Below, one piece after another: positions 56,441-64,000 of a stretch of DNA of 64,000 nucleotides. The notes beneath the pieces are model-generated. The model had not been told where the DNA came from, did not search any database, and was given only the letters and a program-made list of their open reading frames with translations. Position numbers and translations under genes: made by a program. Every line of letters begins with the position of its first letter. Within the stretch, counting starts at the first letter, position 1. Source of the DNA: Chloropicon primus (Eukaryota); contig CP060767.1 of the NCBI GenBank assembly GCA_023205875.1, forward strand, positions 124,001 to 188,000, given 5' to 3'.

Positions 56441-57256
56441 GCCATTCCATCATCACAACATCATCCATCCCAGGAAGGAGAAGAAAAAAAAAACACTTTG
56501 GTCAGCCTCTCCAATCCTCACCCTTGGGTCGTTTCTCTCGAGGGAGGGGTCAAACGAAAGCTCGCGACACGAATCTTCGACTGATTGTGCCGCAACACGC
56601 ACTGCCCTCGTCCCTCTCCTCTTGCAGACGCCTGAAAGACTCACCCCTCTTCGCCTCCCTTCGCCGCCGCAGAGCTTTTCTCAAGTTTTGGATAAAATGA
56701 AAAATTTTCCGCCACAAAAAAGTTGAGAGTTGTATTCGATGTAAAGACTATTATTGAGTGTATGAAACATGCCAAGCAAGCCAAGTTCTGCAATTGCAAG
56801 GAGACGTGGTCGATGTGTGTCGCGCCTTGCCTCCCCTCCTCCATGCACGCACGCACGCACGCACATGCGCACACTCTCCCCCTCTCTCTTTCCTCACCCT
56901 CTCCCTTTCCTCCAAACTTGGAAGGAGGAGTTTCTCCCTTCGGACTCTCCCTTCGGACTCTCTCCTTGGAAGAGTTCAGGAGGAGTTCAGGATGGAAACC
57001 AAAGCAAAGCAAAGCAAAGCAAAGCAAAATGTCCATCATCGTGCGCACACGGACGATACCTCACTTCACTTCACTGGGGTGTTCCCCTGAGCAAGGCAAG
57101 GACCTTGATCGTCGTCTTGCAGGAGGGCCTTCCTCTCTTGGGTGTAAGGAGGTCTACTCTTGGGTGTCCTCTGCTACTAGAGACGAGTCACTTTACAACA
57201 AGTTACAACAGCAGGCAGCAACGCAGCAAGGTCTTGACCTTTGTCGCTCTTGTGAG

Positions 57257-57526
57257 ATGACTACGCTTTACGAGGACAAGTTCGTGTGCATCACGGAAGA
57301 TGGCGTGGAGATCAAGTGGTACTACTTTCCTTGCGGGACATCCAAGTTCATCGCCTTTGAGGACATCAAGTGCTTCAGGCTCGAGCCCATAAGCCTTTTG
57401 AAGAGCAAGGGCTGGGGCATGGGCCTGAGCAACGTGTGGTATGCTTGCGACCTCCTGAGGCAGATGAGCAACGAGCAGAGGAGGTGAGTGCGTCATTGCA
57501 TGCATCCCATCCATCGACAGAGACGA

Positions 57527-57557
<31 letters not shown>

Positions 57558-57931
57558 CTCGTACACTGCACTTTTCTCTTTCCTCTTGCCAGAGAGGAAG
57601 AGGAGGGAAGGAATACCCCTGACACTTTCCAACTTCAACTCCTTCCAAACGGTGCAGGTTCGTGTCCCTGACGGTGTCCAACGAAGCCTCCAAGTGTTCC
57701 TGCTGCGTGAAACGGTAAGTGAAAGCCAAGAGGAGGAGAGGAGGCCAGTTTTAGTGGACTCCACCACCACCGGTGTGACTAACAGGCTCTGTGTCGGTCT
57801 CTCTCTCTTTCGTTCCGTTCTCCAGCGCGTGCTGCGGTTGGCTGAACCCGAGAAAGGGTTTCTCCGTCGAGAACTTGAAGAAGGTCCAAGACATCATGAG
57901 GGACAAGGCAGGTCAAGACCTCCTTTCCTGA
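57257..57931 (+). CDS. Small conserved hypothetical protein, 3 exons (57257-57482, ~57658-57714, ~57826-57931)
   Basis: MTTLYEDKFVCITEDGVEIKWYYFP...KGWGMG...WYACD; GT-AG splices keep the frame to a TGA at 57929. Confidence 0.6.
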
Positions 57932-58654
57932 GTGACAGACAAGACATGACAGGACACACACACACACACACACACAGAGCCTGTTCTGGTCTGGCCTGGG
58001 AAAGACAACGGCGGTCGTTTGTAGTTCAATCAAGCAATACAATCATTCACTTTCTTGGACAAGAACAATCCATCCCATGCCACCGAGTGAGGGACGCACA
58101 CGACAGTGACACCCCTGCGTGGAGACTTGTGGAGAAATGAGGTCGCGTGCTGCCTATTTTTCAGGCATCTTTTGCCCGTCCACTGCAAGCGGGGCTGTCG
58201 TGTCCCCTCTCAACCAATCCCACCCTCACCCTCCTCGCCGCTCGGAGAAAAGAGAGAGAGAGAGAGAGACAGAGAGAGAGGGCAATGTGGTAGATGGATG
58301 GACCCGGTGCAGTGCCCCGCCCTCTCCCTCTCTCCCTCCCCCCCTCCCTCCCTCTCTCTCTCTCCACAACCTCCGTCCTCTCGTCCGTCGCATGACACGT
58401 CAGCTCGACAGGATCCCAGGATCGCATCAACATGGGACCACGTCGCCGCCTCACTCACTCCAGACCGTGGCAAAGGACGGCAACGGAGCCGGCGGTCAAG
58501 AAGATCGAACACGCGAAGGTGCTCCTGCTCCCCGTGATCCTCCCCCCTCCGCCTCTCTCGCTCTTCGTTCGTCGTCGTAACGCTTTTCCTTCTGCTGCTC
58601 TGCGTGCGTGCCCGTGCGTTACGACGCTTGTGCGTGCGTGCGTTACGGTTCTAG

Positions 58655-59602
58655 ATGAAGATGGTGGTGATGAGGCGGTCGGCGTGTCGCTCCCGTGCCG
58701 CCGCCGCGTTTGTGGTCCTCGCCGCCCTCCTCCTCCTTTCCCCCTGGTGCGAGGGAAGGTCGTCGTCGAGGAGAAAGAGAAGCAGCAACAGCAGCAGCGG
58801 CGTTGCGGTGAAGGATCTCTTCGAGGTTTGTGACGACAGGGAGCCCAGGGGCGGCCACTCGTGTGGCAAGCAGGCGTCTTGGGGCAAGTGCACGGAGCAG
58901 TGGTTCATCGACGGGAGGTACTGCAGGAAGACATGCGGCCTGTGCAAAGAATTCGACCCCAGGAGGACGGAGCTGGAGCTCAGAGGGTCGATGAACCGGT
59001 GCGGCGTCAAGGACAAGCAGAGGGCGAGCGCCTGCCTGGACGCGGTGCAGGGCAAGAGCATGTCCGAGCTCACGGTGCGGTCCAAGGGGCTCAAGGGAGG
59101 GCCTGGGGCTGGCAAGCTGAGCATCGAGGAGCTGGTGGTGTCGGGCGCCTTGGGGAACCTCGTTGAGGACTGCAACGTCGCGTGCATCGTGAAGCACTCC
59201 TCGGATCTCTTGGTCCACGCGGTGATCGGTAACTTCCTGTCGGAGCACGAGGCAAAGAGCGCAAAGCTCGAGGACGTGCTCACCGTCGACGTGGTTTCCC
59301 GAGTCTTTCTGGACTTCTTCAAGCACGTGGGCTGCTCGACGGAGCAGTTCGTCGCGATCGTGCCCAAGCTGTACAAAATTCTGCTGGAGCACGTCCCGGT
59401 GAACGACCGAGACTTGCTGGGGAAGATCTACCAGATCCAAGGCTATGACGAGGCCTCCAACACGACCATCAGCTACACGTCCACTTTCGGGAGCTTCCCA
59501 TCCGCCTCGACGTGCCTGGCCAAGTCCCTGAAGATGTTCTTGAGCGTGAGAAAGTGCGACGGCGGCGGAGGCGGCTACCACTGTTACAGGGGAGGGCGCT
59601 AG
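58655..59602 (+). CDS. Secreted protein with ShKT-like / algal Cys-rich carbohydrate-binding module
   Basis: Signal peptide; CDDREP..SCGKQASWGKCTEQW...YCRKTCGLC six-Cys module. Confidence 0.6.
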   Translation: MKMVVMRRSACRSRAAAAFVVLAALLLLSPWCEGRSSSRRKRSSNSSSGVAVKDLFEVCDDREPRGGHSCGKQASWGKCTEQWFIDGRYCRKTCGLCKEFDPRRTELELRGSMNRCGVKDKQRASACLDAVQGKSMSELTVRSKGLKGGPGAGKLSIEELVVSGALGNLVEDCNVACIVKHSSDLLVHAVIGNFLSEHEAKSAKLEDVLTVDVVSRVFLDFFKHVGCSTEQFVAIVPKLYKILLEHVPVNDRDLLGKIYQIQGYDEASNTTISYTSTFGSFPSASTCLAKSLKMFLSVRKCDGGGGGYHCYRGGR

Positions 59603-59767
59603 CGAGTCGAAAGAGCCCTCTCGTGGATGTACGCACAGAAAGAAAGAAAGAAAGAAGCAACTTGTAGACAAAATCGGAAATGTAAAACATTACTTGTCAC
59701 TTCTACTGTTACAACGCGTGCCATCGCTGCTTGGGCTTGATTCAGAGATGACAAAAGAGTCCCTTTG

Positions 59768-62140
59768 TCACGACTCCTTGGGCTTGTCCTCCCCATTCAC
59801 GGGCGGTGGTGCGTTCGCCTTAGTGTACAATGTGCTTTGGCCCGGCGGGGAGTTGCCCGTGTCGTCAAGATCGTAATCTACCAGCGGGTTCATGGCGAGG
59901 GGAGACGAGGAGTTGGGAAGGACGGCCGTTCCGGCGTGACTGGGCGAGGCCGAAACCGGAACTCCCTCCCCTTCTCCCACGTCCATCTCCATGCTCGCGC
60001 TGACATCCATTTGGGTGTTGCTCGCGGGATCCGGGGCCGAGGGGCCGGGGTCCTCCCCCTCGTCACTCTCAAAGTAGTCCTCCTCTTCCTTTTCCATCGA
60101 ACCGTCCCTTCTCTTCCTCATCCTGCTCAGCCTCATCTCTGCCAGCACGGTCTTCTCGTCCCCCTCCATCCTCATGGTCTCGTTGTTCAGATTTTGCTCG
60201 TGCTTCAGCTTGAGCTGGCGAAAGCTTTGAACGTACTCCACCCCCGAGAGCTTGTCCCAGAACTTCTCGATGCTGTACTTGATAAGCATCCTCAGGTTCT
60301 CCTTCTTCATGTACTCGAAGAGCTCGAGAACGGCCGAGTTGAGCATGTTGTACTTCTCCCCATTCGCCAGGAAGGCCTGCACGACGGGGGCGAAGGCGTC
60401 GCTCCCTGTGATCTGTGTGTAGTAAAACTCGTCCTTGATGCCGACGCAGGCTCTAAGCAGCCGAAGCGCCGCCAGAACCACGACCTTCTCCCTCCTGTGC
60501 ATGAGCTGAGAGACCTTGTGAACGATTTTGTTTCTCAGGAAGAAGTACTTTATCCACATGGAGTGAGCGTGGACGCAGAAGCAGAGCAAGTCCAGCACGA
60601 GCACTAGGGTGATCGGATTGGAGTCAGGGGTCAGCACCCCGACGACCTTGCCAAAGTAATTCTCGTAAAAGACGTCCCAGAACTCGTTTTTGTTCTCCTT
60701 CATGACCGGCTGGATGGACTCTGGATCCAGCAGCATCCTTATCACATCGCTGATCTGCTCCTGGAGGCCCCTTTGACTTTCCAGCAGCAGGGTGTCCATC
60801 ATGGTCACCATCAGAGAGTTTTCCCCGCTCGCGTCCTGCATCAGGTACCCCCTCAGCAGCGTCGGGTCGTGGTGAAGGGTCGACATCATCACGTCCATTC
60901 CCTTCAACCGCAAGGAGTCGTCGCTGTCCCTCAAAATAGAGCTCGTGATGTCAAACAACCCCAGCCTAATGAAGTGCAAGAAGAGCTGGTGCCTTTGGTG
61001 CACCTGCAGGTGCTTTGCGTGATCACACAGCTCCTGAACGAAGTCCACGAGGCTGACCCACTCCACAGTCTTCTTCTCCGTGTTCTTCATCTTGTCGAAG
61101 AGGTTGCTAAAAAAGTCCGGGTCCGAGGCCAAGGCCTGGAGGATCTCTATGTTATTGTACATGATGATGGAGCTGAGGGTACCAAAAGTCGCGTCGTCCA
61201 ACACTATCGGGAGGATCGTGTCCTTGATGTACGATATCTTAAACGTCTGGTGTATCTTGGACAGAACATCCCCCCTCTGGATCGGAACGACCTCCTTGAA
61301 CTTGATCTCGCTCTTCAGCGTCTCCCTGTGGTTCTGCTTCTCTGGGAAACTTGAGTCGTATTCCAACATCCCGATGGTGTCCAGGATGGCACCGTCGCTG
61401 AAGACGATCTCCAAAATCCCTGGGTCATTCAGCATCACAAGACCTTTCATGATGGAGTTCACGTGCTGAAGGCTCTCCTCGTCCTCCACGTCCTCCAGAA
61501 TATGAAAGATCTCCGACAGCTTCGTCAAAAAGTCGGACTCCCTGATTTGCACGGCGAACCCCTCCCGGTGGCAAGGGTGGAGGTCCACGAACACTTTGGC
61601 GATGGCTTGAAGGTTCCCCACCTCGAGCTCGGGCATCTCGATCCTCTGAAAGTTTTCCGCCTGGCCCAGCTGGCCCACCTGACCGAGCCGGACCCCCTGC
61701 TTGTCCACCCCGCTCCTCTCCATGGCAACTTCATCGATCATCCCGGTCAGACTCTGCTGCTGCTGCTGCACCGCCGCGCCGCTCTGTTCCCCCCCCAGCC
61801 GGCTCGACTGGAACCCCAGCATCTGAGCCTTGTACGACTGAAGCTCCTTCCAGATGTACTCGCACCCCTCCTCGTGCTGAAAGCTTATCGCGACGTCGTT
61901 GCTCACCTCCGGGTCCGTCCATGTGATGATGGTCCCGTCGCCCTGCCTCTGGTACGCGTTCGTGGGCAGGATCCGCGACAGCATCAGAGGCGGCCCCGGA
62001 TCCGTCTCGCTCACAACAATGATGCTCCTCGACCTGTCCGACAAGTTCTCCTGCAGGACGACGTGACCCACCCCGTTGTCTTCCCACGTCCCGTCCTCCG
62101 CGAGGCTGTAAACCTTCACTCGGCGCTGCGGTTGCTCCAT
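59768..62140 (-). CDS. PP4R3: Protein phosphatase 4 regulatory subunit 3 (SMEK/PSY2)
   Basis: RRVKVYSL..WEDNGVGHV EVH1 domain, AISFQ..GC..IW, LEYD, KIHQTF, YNMLNSAVLELFE. Confidence 0.93.
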   Translation of the reverse strand: MEQPQRRVKVYSLAEDGTWEDNGVGHVVLQENLSDRSRSIIVVSETDPGPPLMLSRILPTNAYQRQGDGTIITWTDPEVSNDVAISFQHEEGCEYIWKELQSYKAQMLGFQSSRLGGEQSGAAVQQQQQSLTGMIDEVAMERSGVDKQGVRLGQVGQLGQAENFQRIEMPELEVGNLQAIAKVFVDLHPCHREGFAVQIRESDFLTKLSEIFHILEDVEDEESLQHVNSIMKGLVMLNDPGILEIVFSDGAILDTIGMLEYDSSFPEKQNHRETLKSEIKFKEVVPIQRGDVLSKIHQTFKISYIKDTILPIVLDDATFGTLSSIIMYNNIEILQALASDPDFFSNLFDKMKNTEKKTVEWVSLVDFVQELCDHAKHLQVHQRHQLFLHFIRLGLFDITSSILRDSDDSLRLKGMDVMMSTLHHDPTLLRGYLMQDASGENSLMVTMMDTLLLESQRGLQEQISDVIRMLLDPESIQPVMKENKNEFWDVFYENYFGKVVGVLTPDSNPITLVLVLDLLCFCVHAHSMWIKYFFLRNKIVHKVSQLMHRREKVVVLAALRLLRACVGIKDEFYYTQITGSDAFAPVVQAFLANGEKYNMLNSAVLELFEYMKKENLRMLIKYSIEKFWDKLSGVEYVQSFRQLKLKHEQNLNNETMRMEGDEKTVLAEMRLSRMRKRRDGSMEKEEEDYFESDEGEDPGPSAPDPASNTQMDVSASMEMDVGEGEGVPVSASPSHAGTAVLPNSSSPLAMNPLVDYDLDDTGNSPPGQSTLYTKANAPPPVNGEDKPKES

Positions 62141-63311
62141 CTCTCCAACTCTCTCTCTCTCTCTCTCTCTGCGCGCGTGCTCGAGACGGAGGACTTTCGG
62201 GCACACCGCTTCGCCTCGTGCCTTTTGCGTTGGTTTTCAAATCAACCCACGCCAGCAGTTCCCTGTGGTGATGATGGGATGAATTAACTCGTGCGGGTTC
62301 CTTCCATTCTTCTTCGCTCTTCTCGTAAAGGTACGACGCGAGGAGGTGAAAACGAAGGAGGAGACCTTTCCGAGGCCCTCTCCATGCTTCAGCTCATATC
62401 TTCCCTCGTCGTCATCCGAAAAAGAAAACCTTTCATGCCCATCCAAAAAAAAGAAAAAGAAAAAAAAAACAGAGCAACGTTTCAGGTCGTCATGTCCTCA
62501 AAACTGCGTCGTTTTTTTCGACCGAAGAGTCTTTGGAAAGATTAGAACGTAACGCTCTGATTGATCCTCTCCAACAAACGCGCCGACCTCTCGTTCGTCG
62601 TCCATTCCACTCGGCGTACTCACCTCTCCCTCCTCGTCCACCCCGAAGTCACGAGGTTGTGGTTTTAGGTGTACGAGATCTGAGGCTCTCAGCTCTTCAG
62701 CGAGCGGGCGGCGGGTGACGTCGATTACGGAGACGTGAAACAAAGGTGAGTGGAGGACGAGGAAGGTAGGGAGGAAGAAAGAGGGTGGGACTGACGGAAG
62801 AGTCGTGTCGTGATCTTTCCAAAGACCCCTCGTTGGAAGATTTTGACGCCGTAATGAAGTTTTTAGAGACTGAATGGTGGATGCCGTTTCGTTTTTTTAT
62901 TAGCTGGCCTTGGACGGAGGGAGAGACAGGTGAGTGGAGGAGGAGGACGGGGAGGGGGGCGAACGAGGGGGAGGGGACCGGAACCTTCGTCTGTTACTCT
63001 TTCTTTCGACCCCTCGGTCGAGGATTTCGACGCCTTGGGTGAGGGTTTTGAGGGAGATCTGTCCGTCCTGAAAGAGGGAGAGAAGAGGGGGAAGAGGGAG
63101 GGCGACAGAAGGCGGGGGAGAGGGCGACGGGGACGGTCGGGGTGCTGGACCGGGACGAAGCCTTCGGAATCATCGTCTTCTCCTCTTTCTTTCGACCTCT
63201 AGGTCGAGGATTTCGACGCCGTGGTGAGGATGGGAGACTGAGACTGACAGGGTTTTTTTCTTGTCTTTTGGCAAAACGCGCGGAGCAGAAGCCTTGTTGA
63301 GGCCAACACCC

Positions 63312-64000
63312 ATGAAGGTGCAAGCAATGAGAAGTTTGAGCGGGAAGCCGGCGTGCACCTCTTCGAGGAGGTTTTCCTCGGTGAGCTGCAGGGCCACGGG
63401 GTCTGGCTCGGAGGGGGCGTCCTCGTACAGCAGCAGGAGGGAGAGCATGAAGGCGTCGATCAACCCGAGCGGGGCGAGGAGCCGCTTGGTGGCGCCGAAC
63501 GCGATCGAGGCGAGGCCGGACGTGGAAGCCCTGGAGAAGCTCGTGAGGAGCGAGGCGGCCCCCGACGCTTCCCCCGTTCTCATTTGCGGTCAAGTGTCTC
63601 ACTCGTTGACCAAGGAGAGGGAGGAGATCATACATAGCATGGAGGACTTCATGGAGGAGAAAGTGTACAAGTACCTGAAACCCGTGGAAAAGTGCTGGCA
63701 GGCGCAGGACTTCTTGCCGGACCCAGCGAGCGAGGACTTCATCCCGGAAATCCAAGCTTTGAGGGAGAGGACCCTCGCTCTGCCTGACGATTACTTGGTG
63801 GTGTTGGTGGGCGACATGGTGACCGAGGAGGCCCTGCCCACCTACATGAGCATGCTGAACACGATTGACGGGACTCGAGACGAGACCGGAAGCGACGACA
63901 CGGTCTGGGGGAAGTGGACGCGCGAGTGGACCGCGGAGGAGAACAGGCACGGAGACCTGCTGAACAAGTACCTTTACCTCAGCGGGAGGGTCGACATGAG
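63312..64000 (+). CDS. FAB2: Stearoyl-ACP (acyl-ACP) delta-9 desaturase, plastid, 3'-partial
   Basis: [54 protein letters not shown]; transit peptide. Confidence 0.95.
   Translation, partial: MKVQAMRSLSGKPACTSSRRFSSVSCRATGSGSEGASSYSSRRESMKASINPSGARSRLVAPNAIEARPDVEALEKLVRSEAAPDASPVLICGQVSHSLTKEREEIIHSMEDFMEEKVYKYLKPVEKCWQAQDFLPDPASEDFIPEIQALRERTLALPDDYLVVLVGDMVTEEALPTYMSMLNTIDGTRDETGSDDTVWGKWTREWTAEENRHGDLLNKYLYLSGRVDM

Overview
Gene-dense eukaryotic nuclear DNA with short GT-AG introns, GA/CA microsatellites and plastid or photosynthesis-related genes (Z-ISO, organellar uS17, stearoyl-ACP desaturase, a CHLI2 fragment). It is most consistent with a compact green microalga such as a Chloropicon-like prasinophyte, which is an inference. 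About 34 coding loci are visible, mostly housekeeping. Less ordinary structure: (1) a degenerate ~60-65 bp non-coding motif lies upstream of many genes, usually oriented with the adjacent gene, and often recurs at 178-195 bp spacing, with one near-identical ~260 bp copy shared by two unrelated genes; (2) a ~2.4 kb patch (31070-33490) holds two 5'-truncated gene fragments followed by an intronless AP2-like + double PD-(Q)xK homing-endonuclease-like ORF with an E2F/CHR-like upstream element; (3) two near-identical tandem lipase paralogs have mutually exclusive introns; (4) there is a triple HARE-HTH-like protein, a degenerate RWP-RK protein with a duplicated unknown domain, and a perfect 56-bp minisatellite. 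All calls come from reading the sequence by eye; no database searches were run, and exon boundaries not stated explicitly are approximate.
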